A stretch of 63,731 nt of DNA, the filler included, from Platydemus manokwari (Eukaryota): NCBI GenBank assembly GCA_037951405.1. It is 6 parts of 6 records of this genome, joined end to end, with 100 filler letters (N's around TTAATTAATTAA, not from the genome) between each part and the next. Parts side by side here need not be neighbours in the genome. Positions count along the whole stretch, not along the records: positions 25,071 to 34,198 come from JBBMOY011295428.1; positions 34,299 to 44,251 come from JBBMOY011185655.1; 4 more parts are not named here. The stretch is one strand, 5' to 3'. Shown here piece by piece: positions 28,301-41,397 of the stretch. Numbering within the stretch: position 1 is the first letter of the stretch; every line of letters begins with the position of its first letter. Made by a program: the position numbers and the translations under genes. Below the pieces are notes generated by a model that was not told the DNA's origin, ran no database searches, and saw nothing but the letters and a program-made list of their open reading frames with translations.

Positions 28301-31300
28301 TAATATTCGATAATATCCAATCACATTTTTTTACCAATATCCTTGACACGTTGTGCCACTGGTCGTCTCAAAGCTCTCACAAATTTCAAAGCATCACCAC
28401 GTATTTCTAATAAGTTATTACACAGAGCTAGCAACGGTGCCAATGGAAATGCCGGTATGAATATTGTAATAAATCCAAATTGAATTACTGAAAGAAAAAT
28501 CAATAAATTAATGTCTATTGTTGTACTCTCAGTTGATAGTAATGTATTCCATTCCAATATTAATTTCCTATATAATACATTATTGATATAATTACCCCCC
28601 GCAGGGAGATTATTTATCACAGATTTTCTCTTTGGTAGAAATCTATGCTTTTACTTATCGTGCACCTGTCAGGCGATAAAATCCAATAAATCCATTTATC
28701 GATAATATATCATAGATAATCTTTTAAAATGTTCTTTAAGTTGCCATTTATATATACATTTGATCTTGGAAGTAAGAATTGGAATTAAATTTTGGCTTCA
28801 AGCCAAATAAAAAATGTTTTATCAATAATTTGATAATAAAAACTTATTCAAATCGTATCATATAAATCCAAACATAAATCATAACCACATACAAGATCAA
28901 ATGAAAATAATGTTCTACATTTTCCGGTTATTATGGTTATTTCTATTATTTTTTCGATTAAAATTACTGGGTTCATGTAACGATAATGATTAATAAGATA
29001 ATCACAAATACTATTCATGGAACACAGAGATAGGGTTAAATAAGTAATAACCGGGACATTGTGTTTGTTTATCGATATTTTAATATGTAGGACAGGAGCG
29101 AAAGACTTGTCTGATAGAAAATGATATTTATTTAACCAATAAAGACAAAATGTAAATTGAGAAATATAAACAAAACATCATTCGTCTTTAAATCTGAAAC
29201 GTTGAAAATAATCACCTTCAAGGTCCACACATTTTTGCTAGCGTTCTGAAAGTTGTTTTATGCCGCTTTCATAGAACTCTGCAGGTTTTGAAAGGAACCA
29301 CTTTTCCAAACCATCGTTAACATCTTTAGTGGAGTTATACGTTTTCCTACGAAGTGAGTTTTTCATAGGAGAAAACAAATAATAGTCTGAAGTGGCAAGA
29401 TCTGTGGAGTATGCTGAATGCGGTATTACCGTAAAACCGACCACACCAAGCTTATTTTGAGTTAAACGTGCCCTATACGGTCGACCGTTATCGTGAAGGA
29501 AAAGGAACTTTTCAAAACTGTTTCTTCACAACCAGCACCTGTTTACTCAATTGATGTTTCCTTTCTATTTAATATTTACATATTTTGTCTTTATTGGTTA
29601 TTATTTTCTATCTTTATTATTTTCTATCGGACAAGACTTTCGTTCCAATCCTATATTTCATATGTATATCAATGCATATCAATTAATCAATCCATTAATC
29701 TATAATTTTGGATAATTTCTATCTTATATAGTGAATAAAATTTGAAAAATGACAACTCTGTCAAATGAATAACAACATAAAACTAATTATTATGCCAAAA
29801 TTTTGTCTTCATCTTAAAAGATGTTTGTATTGTTCTCATACAAAAGAAATGTAACTACAAACACAAAAACTATTAATGATACAAGGTCACAGGATAATAA
29901 GATTGATGTTTAGAGAGTGCAATATTTTACACTACAAAATTACTTAATCGATCTTAATCATTCTGTACTTATTATTATGAAAGAAAATAAAATAACCAAG
30001 AAATTCTTGAATTGATTAATGAAGGACTATTATAAATTGCGTAATATCCTTATATGTGCGCATTACATTTCTAACCAATAAAATATTAATGCTGCATATC
30101 ACACATATTCCAAAATTTATATCGCTAGTGTTAGTGTTTAAGAAAGATCATTGTATAAACCAATCCAATTGAATTCGTTACCACTATTATTCACAGAAAA
30201 ATGACAAAAAGAAAATCCTCTGCAACGGATTTCCTTCAATTCTCAATCATATCATCTAAATCACCAGAAATATTTTTACATAATATCGATGACAACAGAT
30301 TTGGAAAAAAATGACATCTCATAGTCTTATTGGTTGATTCTTTCAATGATTATCTTAGGAGAATATGTTATATTGTCGTTCCAGATTGCCAACTGTTATC
30401 ACATCATTGAAACCCACCAAGCATGCAATCAACGGTATTTGAATTATTAATGCTGATATAAATAAACAGACACACATATGTCGCTCATTCAATCGATTAT
30501 CGTTTATAAAATTATCACAAGCAATACAATTATTTCCGCAACACAGACTTCGTAATTTTAATTTTAAAAAAAATCGATAATTTTGATAATTTAAAAACTA
30601 ATGAAATATAATTTCGAAAAACAGAGAAATAATGAAAATGAGCACGAAATAATCGATAATTTGCTTAATTAGATAACATTAAAACAAAATATTCAATCGG
30701 ATAAATAGAGATAACAAAAATCAATGTGAACATCAATGTGAAAATAGATTGGCACCTAAACCATCATTCCTATATTCATATGCTAATCTCAAACAGAAAT
30801 ATGAGAAAAATAAATCGATTATAGAAATAAAATTCTGCCAGGTGATGCAGTAGCCACCGTTATGAAATTAAGGATGGGATCAATTGATTTGTCAAAAAAG
30901 TTCGAAATTAAACCTTTTAAATGTAATAAAAAAAGAAACTCTCATACGCATTTCTAGATATTCACCAAATAACGGCCGGGGTCCTGGATCCGCTAAGATA
31001 TTATCGGCATAACAACGAACCAATTCTGGTTCGACCTTGTGAATGTTCAAGCTTTTGTTGTCAACATTGGATGATTGATCGACAATAATAACTTGATCTG
31101 TCTCATCTTTCATCGGTAAATCATCACCACACTCTTCGATCGCATCGGTTTCTTTGCGATAAATGATTTTCTTTTCAGATTTGATCAATTTATTTTTCTT
31201 AATCCAAGAACATAATCGACTAAAAGAGAAATAATCAAATATCAACGATTTACAGAAGAAATAATTATTTAATATACTCAATTAATTAATTAATTAATCA

Positions 31301-33612
31301 ATAAATTGATATATCTACATCTATAATAAAAATTTAAATATTTTTATATAATTGATTTATTTATTGTATTGATATATCATAAATTATTAACATGGATTTA
31401 GAAAATCAATCGAAAATCAATCACAATTCAAATAGATTATGAAAGGGGTTAATTGATCAGAAATAGCAAAGATAATTGATATAATCAATATTGGAATTAA
31501 TATCGAGATTAATCAATAATTCGATTTGACAATTTCTACTAAATTATTAAAGGCCAAATTAAGTGTTACACTAGCGGTAACTAGATCATTTCAATTATTC
31601 GATTCACTCAATAAGATGTTTAGCAGAATATATTTCCAATAACCAATCAAATTATTTCCGAACTGTATCAGTCTAGATCAGAATTATATGTTTTGATATG
31701 CATGTGTTTGTATATTAATTTAATTTATTAAAAAGAAAATATCTCGGACGATGAGTTGACATACTATGAGGATGAAGAAATGTTCGACAAACTTGGTTAA
31801 GATCTGCTGACGAGAAGAAGATGAATCCAAAGCGAAGCCTGTGATATTTGCCCCACCACTTACTGGTGAAGGTCTCAGACTATGTCTCAGTTGTGACATT
31901 AAAAACCTGTTTATTAAATCAATATTTGCATTTAAATTATTAAATGGTCGCGCATACTAAAACAACATCAAGTCATCAAAAATTATAAAAATATTCTGAG
32001 CTTTGTTCGACTTAAAATAATAAATTATTAACCTCGCCTTATATCTATATTCTACAGGAAAATTGTAAATCAATTTTATACAGCAATATATCAGATATTC
32101 TAATGAAGGAGTTTTCATTTAATAAGGAGTTACTGACTGGAGTTACACCCTACAATATATCGATTTCATTACCATAAAAATGAATTCGCCACATCAAATT
32201 TAGCTCATTGAATAATTCAAAACCAAGATCACTTGACACAAATTTATTGCAGTCAAGTTTCCACGGAACTCAGGCCCCCAACAATCTAACTTGTTTTTAA
32301 CTAGTTTCCAGAATAGACAAAAGAACAAAACAAAGACTTCATCATCAAAAATTTCTATGCACGATAACATCATTCACATATTTCCTTCAAAAGTTGATTT
32401 AGGTTCTCTGATCTTCATAGGTTCATTTATTCTTCAAAATATTGACTAATATTTTTTTATTCACATATAATTTTAGTTATAAAATGAATGGCATGGAGTT
32501 ATGGATCGAAACTGGGTGCTGGTAAAGAATTCCATAATTCTAAAAAAGCTGTAAAACACTCCTCTACGTGAACCCACTACTACGTTATTGATTTGCTTCC
32601 AAAAGAATGATTAGATTAATTCTCTAATCTTTCAAAAGGTAAAGAATAATTCGGAACATAAAATATTTGCAAACAACATAAAAAGTCTGACAATTTTCAT
32701 AGCTACACTAATAATAAATAATTGTTAAATCAATTCAAAAAATTATGAATAAAATTTTTCATATTTGATGAACTTATTTAGTAATAATAATAAATAATGA
32801 TAAAATCGAAATAAAAAATAATAATTTTAGCAAATGATTCAACAATTGATACGAAGAGAATGGCATGTCATATTTCAAGAGATAATAAATCTGAAATTAG
32901 TTTCCAAGCAACTTGAAGAAAATAATATAAATGATAAAGCAAGAATAATCCTGTCAGTTGGGTGATATCAAATATATCATCCAATCATATGATTAGATTC
33001 ATCTGTGACGAGAGATAGGCATTTATAATGGGTTAATAAAACTAACGGTATGCTGTATTCCTTGATATGGCTGATGATTTGTTTCCCTATCATTATAAAT
33101 GCCAGTTGCATTGAAAGATCCAACAAGCAGCCACCCGGTGGACACTGTTAAAACGAAAATAATCCAAAAATTAATCCAAACCAAAATCAATACGCCTTTC
33201 GGTTTTAAAATATTCTTTGATGACGAACTGGTGGTGGGAATTGGTTGAGTGTATTGTTGAACGAAACCAATATAAAATATCGAAGAATAGTTGTTGACGA
33301 ATTCCAGTAGGTAAAGTTTCAAAGTGATACTGCTATCGTATTGAGATTGTGTTCGATGATGTTCCAGATCGGTGAGCCATTCAGCCACTTTTGAGTAGAC
33401 CTGGGCGAAATTTTTTTTCAAAATCACCGCCCAAAAAAGTTGACACTTACAATTGTCAAAGACATGATGATAATTAACGATATCATGGAACCCGAAGCAG
33501 CCGTGATAATGGAAGATACGTTCAGATCAACGTTACTTGATTTTATCAACAACGGCTGAGTAATGAGCTTGTATAGAATGATACCTGCCAGAAGTGCTAA
33601 AGCCAATATGAT
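25339..33612 (-). CDS. Anoctamin/TMEM16 family protein, partial (about TM3 to the C-terminal region)
   Basis: Nine phase-consistent exons: 33612-33451, 33400-33194, 33144-33047, 31219-30948, 28487-28335, 28283-28231, 25907-25747, 25696-25591, 25536-25339. Motifs [88 protein letters not shown]-terminal and last exons are not seen. Confidence 0.96.
26816..27887 (-). mobile_element. Non-autonomous rosa/DD41D Tc1/mariner element in an anoctamin intron
   Basis: TA on both flanks; terminal inverted repeats CCGTGC.ATTC...[34 protein letters not shown]...[15 protein letters not shown]...PRSPD gives 41 residues to the next Asp after correcting one frameshift. Confidence 0.9.
29088..29653 (-). mobile_element. 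Internally deleted mariner (DD34D) element with long imperfect TIRs, in an anoctamin intron
   Basis: About 90-bp inverted ends (TAGGA..GGA.CGAAAG.CTTGTC.GATAGAAAAT...AACCAATAAAGACAAAAT). Peptide [17 protein letters not shown]...[23 protein letters not shown]. Confidence 0.9.
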
Positions 33613-34462
33613 CTAAAAACAAAATCAATAATACCCATTAAAACAAATATTGAATTAATCGATTATGGGCAGAGCTATTAATTCTTATCTCCAATGAAAA
33701 CTCTCTCGTTTAGAATATAATAATAAAAAAAACAATTAAATTGATTTTCGGTGTTCGTGCTGATATAAAATTGGCACTTTAAAAGCCATTAAATGGAAAC
33801 GTTTTCCACAATGTTCAATTTATAATGCCATCAAAATCAAGATATTATCATTGTAATTATCTAAGACGACTTTCAAATAAATGATTATCAGTAATTCTGT
33901 TATGTAAATCATATCTATCTGTTGGATTGTTCACATGAATGCTGTTACACAATCATTATCAGTTCTGCTTAAAAATTTATCGATTATAATATATTTATAT
34001 TATGTTTAAAACATTCACATTCAAAAAAATATCAATATCATTTTGTGGAATTTTGTAGACATGATATTATATTTGAAGGTGTATATTAAATGTATATGGT
34101 TGGGGGGAATAGCGGGTATATTATTAGGTGTATTAGTATGATTCCGGCTTTTTTTTAAAAAAAACAAAAACATTTTTTAAAATATTTATTTAATGAAANN
34201 NNNNNNNNNNNNNNNNNNNNNNNNNNNNNNNNNNNNNNNNNNTTAATTAATTAANNNNNNNNNNNNNNNNNNNNNNNNNNNNNNNNNNNNNNNNNNNNAT
34301 GATTTGCTACAGCACACACACAAGTGTTTACATCTGGTGTCAAATTCCGGTTATTAAGTTATAGACCCAATAAAAGAAAATCATTAATGACTTACTTAAA
34401 TCGAAATATAAAAATTAATAAAATATCCCAAAAAAGATTTTGTTTAAATAATTCATTTTAAT

Positions 34463-34720
34463 TGTTGCGTTTCAGGGTCTTTTATTCATTGATATTAATA
34501 TGGAAGATTTTGACAGGTCACTATCTACGTCTTAATCAGTCCATAAAGTCCGTGTAATCCTCGGGTGGGAATTAAACCTTAATTTGATGTTCTTCTTCGA
34601 CTTGGCTTTCTCAATTTATGTAGATAAGTGGAATGGCGTAGATAATGATTTATTTGAACCTAGATCACATTCCTGCCTCTTATGCTGTCTCATCGATGTT
34701 ATTGGTTTTACTCTCAGCCT
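34463..34720 (-). mobile_element. Diverged family-A-like LTR 3' part
   Basis: Minus strand GAACATCAAATTAAGGT...GACTGATTAAGAC...AATAAAAGACCCTGAAACGCAACA matches 2378-2508. Confidence 0.5.
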
Positions 34721-37700
34721 CAATTGATTTAATGATGCACCATAACAAATTCAAAAGGTGATGAATGATAGTGAAATGTTTAACTATGGATTTGTGAATC
34801 CCATAAATGATAAATGAATGTCAAAACTAATTTTTAACAACAAAATGTGTATTATTTATAAATATAACAAATTTAATACTGTTATGCAATTAAAGGATTT
34901 CAATGCTACTTATATACACTTAAACGATGAATTTATGTTCCATCCAGGGTAGAAGATCATATACCAAACAAGCCCTTTTGTGATATTGGGGAAGTGTCTA
35001 TTTTCAAGATATTTGAATTACGCTCGATAGATAGGAATAATGTGCAAGGCGAACTAATATATGATTTTTTAAAATTGTATCTTACTATTGGTTCTTCCAG
35101 CAGAAACACTGGTTCATATTCTAATCTTAATCATGGCAGTAAATGTTCTTGAATTTTGCGTTCCGATTTTTCTTACGTAATAATTGTAATTGCGGCAACC
35201 GTAAGTCATTCGTGTTTATTGTGTTTATTGCACTGGAATCTATTGTGGTAGAGATAAATTTATTCTGCTCGATTATTTAATCAATAGCTAGAATGCATCA
35301 TGCTCGATAACTAATAAATTCACTAGGCGTAAATTTTAATGGGTGAATCTAATACATGGAAAATTTAATGGGTTTTTTTTGTTTAAACTAATACCGGGTT
35401 TTTGTTAATGATTAATGGGTTTTATTAATGCTAGATTTTTATTGCTTATGGAAATTAATAATTGGAGTCTAATTTAAATTTTATTTTAGTTGATCATAAA
35501 AGTTCCTGAATTCATATAAAGATGTTCTACATTATTTTTCATAATAATATATCGTACACACAACTAGTCTGATTATTGCAGTTCTAAAATTGTCAAAAAC
35601 CACAAAACCCAACATAATAATGTGTGCACAATCACCACAAGACGAGTATATTTTAGGTAACAGCCGCCAATGTTTTATTGCCGATAATTTCTGTCGTTTT
35701 AATATCGTGCTGCTGACTTGACATTTTTGACTTTTGGTCATTTTTTTGTCCGTGACATTGATTTACGGCTTTGAGAGTTGTACGTAGATTAGGTAAGAAC
35801 TGCTTTTTTACAGTTATGACCTTGAGTATTCAGTGTCCGTCAAGTACGATTTTAGCAACATGTCTGTCGCTATCTGTATAGTTTCAAAATTTTTATAATA
35901 GGGTATTTTTAGTTAACCATTTTAATCATTTAAAAAACTAGCATCTTAACAGTTGCTATAGAGTTGTCCATTGTTATATTATGGTTATATATTGATATCG
36001 AAATTCTAAGGTAATATCGGCTGAGACGTTCCAATAAAAATATGGAAATCAGTGAGAAAATCCAATAAATTAAATATTATCCATAACAGGTTCAACAGTG
36101 AATATGGTGCGTATATTTCACCATTCATAATTCATCAAAAAATGAACTGTCAATCGATCATGTAAATCAATTATATAAATCATTTTTTATCCAATCAAAT
36201 TTAATCAACTTGTATAAAAATATGTTAAGAATTTCAAAATATTTTTAAATTTTTAAAATATTACACTGCTATTAAACGAATTAAGAGAGTTCAGTTAAAT
36301 GGTGTTTTAGATAAATTCTTGTCAGCATTGATTGGAAATATTTTGTCTATCATTATTAGGTTTAAAATATTTTATTGGTTATATATACAGGGTTTTGTTT
36401 TATGAGGTTATTGTGCAAGTTTAAACAAATGTTTTTTCAATAATATCGAATATGTTTAATATCAACTAACTGAAACATATGGTGAAGATTTTATATATGG
36501 TGATAATTCTATTGATTTTCTATAAATATTTTTTTAATGTTTTTGAACTAAAACTAAAATAAGTCATTGACAATAATAGTATTTCATAAAAATTCAATAT
36601 TGCATTTTTCAGGACCACTTTCTATTCAAAGTATATCACATTAATCACTACTAGAATAGATCCTGTCATCAAATATGTTTTCTGATCGCAATAGAAGACA
36701 ATTTTATTTTTATCTTCAAAACAAAATAATTACATTACTGTACCATCAGTTGTAGTTTAAATTTGTTCAGTAATATCATAAGGAGGTGTTGGTAAAAATG
36801 TAGTTGTTGCTCATTGTATTTTGGCTGTCAATCGGTTTAAATGAGTTTCTGTTGATTACTTCTCTGATTGAATGATCTATTTTAATATCTATAGTTCTGT
36901 TATTTGACACCGTTATATGTTGTGATTATTGTTTTGACGGTGTTTATTGTTGATTTTTATATGATTGTGTTTATTGTTTGATCTTTATATGAGAGGGGAA
37001 AGCCCATTTTAGTTAAAGTGGTTTTTAGATTTCGGTCATCCTGTATTTATATTTTAATTTTTATCAGTTTGTTTTATCGTATTTGTATGTGAGGAGATCT
37101 TTTCTTTTGGGCCATTTATTTATGACATATTTTTATAAAATATTTATTGATTTTTTGGCGTTCATATTTTCATTAATGCTAATGATTTTGATTTCGATAA
37201 TGGCATAAAATAATGATAGTTCTATAACCATAAAACTGTATTACTAGTTGATGTTTATGTTTATAATGTATTAATAATTATATTTTTATTAAAAAATATA
37301 ATGTCTCGTAGGTAATCAATAATTTTTCATTGTTTCATCCTCACGTCATTCACACATCCCATTGAACTGAAGAACAATTGATTTTATTCTACAAATAACT
37401 TTCCCATCATTATCGATTTAAATTGGCGACTGTCAACTAGTGGATCGTCGCTTTCACGGTTGAAATTTTTTGTTTTAATTCTAAATTATTTCAAAAACAT
37501 ATAAATAAAAAAAAATCATATTTAAAAATCCAGTAAAAACAACTCCATATAATATATCAAATAAATAATTTTGTTGTCAAATGTTTTGCTGTGATTTTCA
37601 AAGATATTTTCTTCTCTAAATTCAATTGGTATTTCATTAAAATCTAATGAATATCTTTAACAATGATATGTAAATAACGACATAAATAATTCTCAGAGTC

Positions 37701-38214
37701 GATAGAGATAATCAATCCTAACTGTGTTGATCAAATATTTTCATTTTTATTTTATGTTTGGGGTGCAATTGTCTTCTAAAAAGCAATAAATACACATGAA
37801 GTTGTGTTTTTTATTTATGGGGTGTAATTCGTTAAAGAAAAATATCCCATTTTCTCCTAATATCAGTATAAAAATCCAATAAAATCTGCAAATATTTAAA
37901 ACGTCATCACACAAATCACTTCAAAGAAAAGATAATAGCAAAGAGAAACTCTTAACCACTTTATTTTATAGAACACAAACAGAACATTCATGTAAGTCTA
38001 TTGCAAGGAAATCAACTAACAAGATAGAAGTTGGGACTAAATATCGATTATTGTAGCCCATCTCAATCACAATGGAAACATAATTTAGTAAAATATATTG
38101 ACATCGAATTACAGTCATAACTTGGGCCTAAGAGAGATTATCTTGATACGGCTGCTCTTAAGATGCTCGACAATAATCTTGACCGATTCAAAACTTGACC
38201 GACATTCAATAATC

Positions 38215-38379
38215 ATGGATTCACAATTGAGTTATAATGCAGATACATATGTCCTGTTCTCAGTCATTATATTTTTCATCATTGGAATGACTACGCTTCT
38301 CATATCATCATTTATTAAATTTTCATTAGGATCAAAATATCAAATAGAACAGAATCAGAGATCAAACAATTTGGATTGA
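38215..38379 (+). CDS. Candidate 54-aa single-pass membrane microprotein
   Basis: ATG in AATCATGG context. MDSQLSYNADTYVLFSVIIFFIIGMTTLLISSFIKFSLGSKYQIEQNQRSNNLD* has one long hydrophobic segment; no recognised homology. Confidence 0.3.
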   Translation: MDSQLSYNADTYVLFSVIIFFIIGMTTLLISSFIKFSLGSKYQIEQNQRSNNLD

Positions 38380-38639
38380 AGTGAAATTAGATTGATAATT
38401 TATAGCTCATTATTATTGATGATTCCAATATTATTGATAAATTGTTTCATCAGGATTTGTCATTGACGATTTATCAATTATTGATATTGTTTTGTAATAT
38501 CGTATTTTATTTTATTATATTATATTTATTTATTTGAAGTTCCAAAATAAAAACTCCCATTAAATTTCATATATACTAACATACATAATACGTATTCACA
38601 ATCCATAATCGATAACCACATTTAAATATCATTCATTCA

Positions 38640-40221
38640 ATGCAAAATTCGAATAATCATCAAGAGCGATATTAGATGAGTGGCCATCAAGTTCAAGAAA
38701 AGCCAGATGAAAATTTCAATTCGACAGAAACGGATTCGATTCTTGGCATTCCAACAATAGGCAGAAGATCTGACAGTCATTCGTGCTGAAAAGGTTTAAT
38801 CTGGATGAAATTAGAGACAAATTATTAGTACTTAGAATTTACAGCCAGTAAAGAGGATGACTCAAGATCTCTACTGACAATAGCAGTCATAGATGATGAA
38901 AGAAAGTTTCTAATAAGAACTTCAATAACATTTGAAAATTGAATAGTGGATTTCGGAAGATATTGTCAAGTCGAATGAGAAGTAATTAAACAAGTACAGA
39001 CATTGGTAAGTACGATCAATGGAAATAACACTAGTAGGAAAAGATATACATGCGGAATTTAAATATTTAGGTTTGAATTTATATCATTTATTAATAATTT
39101 GGGATTAAGTCGAGGCTACTGATTTCAATCATCAATTTTATAAATTGCAAACACTACATTCCAAAAAAAGAATTAGATTTTGACTTAGAGGATGTCAAAG
39201 CCTTAATTTTCAAATTTAAAAAGATTTAAGGTAAGTTGGTCGAGCAATAAAAAGGAAGTTGATTTAGGAAGACTTCCATTTGAATATGCTGAATAAATTT
39301 TGTAGGTAAAAAAGTACTTTGGCTAGATTGATGGCTATTAATTTTATGACTTGGAACCCATAATCGAACAAGAATAATTTAAAAAAATTTTACAAATATT
39401 TGAACTATTTTGAAATCTCGTTATTTGAAAATTTTAATATTATTTCAATATATATTAGTAAATACAATTAGTTGGATTTTTGAAAAAAACCTTACTAATT
39501 TCCCTTACAACTCACAAAACATTCAAACCAAAATTGAGGTTTAAGTAAAAGATGTATCTAACAGATCTCATTTATTGTATTTAATTTTAAACTAATATTT
39601 ACTCGAGTTTAATTTGTTTATTATTAGTTTGTTTCAGGGAACTTGTAACGGATGACACAATATCAAATTATTATCATTATAAAACTATATCTTGGTTATA
39701 AGAATCCAAAGTGAAGTGTAATCGTTAAGTGTATAATAATATTTTGTATATAAATGATATATAAATGAAATTAATGCCTTAATTTGATTTAACTGTAATT
39801 TTTACGAAATCATTGCATAAAAATGAATAAGAAAATCTTTAGATATGCATTCAACGATAGAAATAAATCTGCTTTGTTAAACATTTATCAACATATTGCT
39901 AAAGGAGTCCGATTTGTTTTAATTTTTCGGCAATAATATGAAGTATGGTGTGTGCAATTTAAAACTAAATCGATTCATCTCTATATACTTTCTAATTTAA
40001 TCATTTCTGTTTTTAAAAAAAATTGTAATTTGACCACAGCTTTGATTGGAAACCAACAACAGACAGAAAATCAGATTATCTTCGTTCGACGATTTCTCTA
40101 TTTACAAAAACTTAATCAAAACGCAACAGATTACATTGGATACAATTTTGTGGATTGGATAAATTCAATCATAACTAGAAGATTAACACATGCAATTCAA
40201 TCATCTCATCAAAAGAAATAA
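38640..40221 (+). pseudogene. Possible spliced pseudogene or non-coding transcript
   Basis: Donor GTAAGT at 39006 and candidate exons 39638-39717, 39843-39947 and 40040-40221 with YAG acceptors and compatible phases, but in-frame stops are present. Confidence 0.25.
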
Positions 40222-41397
40222 AGGATTACTTAAACAATATGCAAACACCAAAGGGTCATCATCGATAAAATAAATTTCTGAAATCTATTTGAACCATGAT
40301 GTATTCAGCTGATGATATTGAATGAATTAAATATTTTTACAAATTTTTTTTCATGAATAGATCGTTAATTATTTTTACTTGAATAATTTAATGAAATCAT
40401 TAAATTTTCACAACTAAATCAATCGAAACATTGATAATCCTAAACAATTGAATATTTTCAGATGAAAATAAACTCATTTTGAATATCGGAAATTCTATTA
40501 ACAAGAATAACATGGAATGAACATTTTTTTAAACTATTGTAAGAAGGAAGAAATGTTAAAAGAGCGGTTTATGATTGATTACTAAGAAAAAAATTGTATT
40601 GGGAATAATATTTTAAAAATGTAAGCTAAAATAACAACATTCAAATCGAATTCGATAAACAATAATAAATGTTACATTTGATATTATAATAACGACGTAA
40701 TAATAAAGTAATAACTTGATTAAAATGATTAATAAAATGATTAAGATTAAAATTTATTATCCATTTTAGTTAATAGATAATTTAACGGCATCGAATGAGA
40801 GAGGAACTGAATGAACACTTCGATTTAGATTCGTATTTAACAGTTACACGTCTATTGAAAAAATGGTTATTGTTCGAAAAATAATTTTACATTTACAGGA
40901 ACCATTTCATATGTAAAATATTAAAGAAAATTTCAATTTATCGAAAGAATAATCTCTTCGATTATCAAGGGCTTCAACAATTACATTGCAAAGAATTGAG
41001 ATTCGACTATATTTGAGTAAAGAGATACACAATATGAAAAATATTATCATTAAATATGCCATACGAAAACAGAGCAATAATTTTCTATCGAATACTACTA
41101 TTTGGTTAAACAATAACATGAAATGGGATCAAAATATAACTCTAGTATGAGGTCAGTTTCTAAAAAAAAAGTTATCCAAAAAAACACTGCAACTAATCTC
41201 ATTAACCACCGGACAAGACAACTAACTAACTAATTCTATTGCTAATAATACTAAGAGAATAAAATTGTCATTACCGGCAGTAGGAGATCATGATTGAATA
41301 AATATTATTTCATTTATTGTTACTATTATATAAATAACAAATGGCGATATCTTAACAATACTGTCTTAAATCATTGGAAATAGATATTTATATTTAA

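Noticed and set aside
38640-39950. Alternative genetic code (TAA/TAG read as Gln) or stop-codon editing
   Set aside because: None of the five confident genes has an in-frame TAA or TAG over several kb of coding sequence. Stop density in the upstream block looks like that of random AT-rich DNA.
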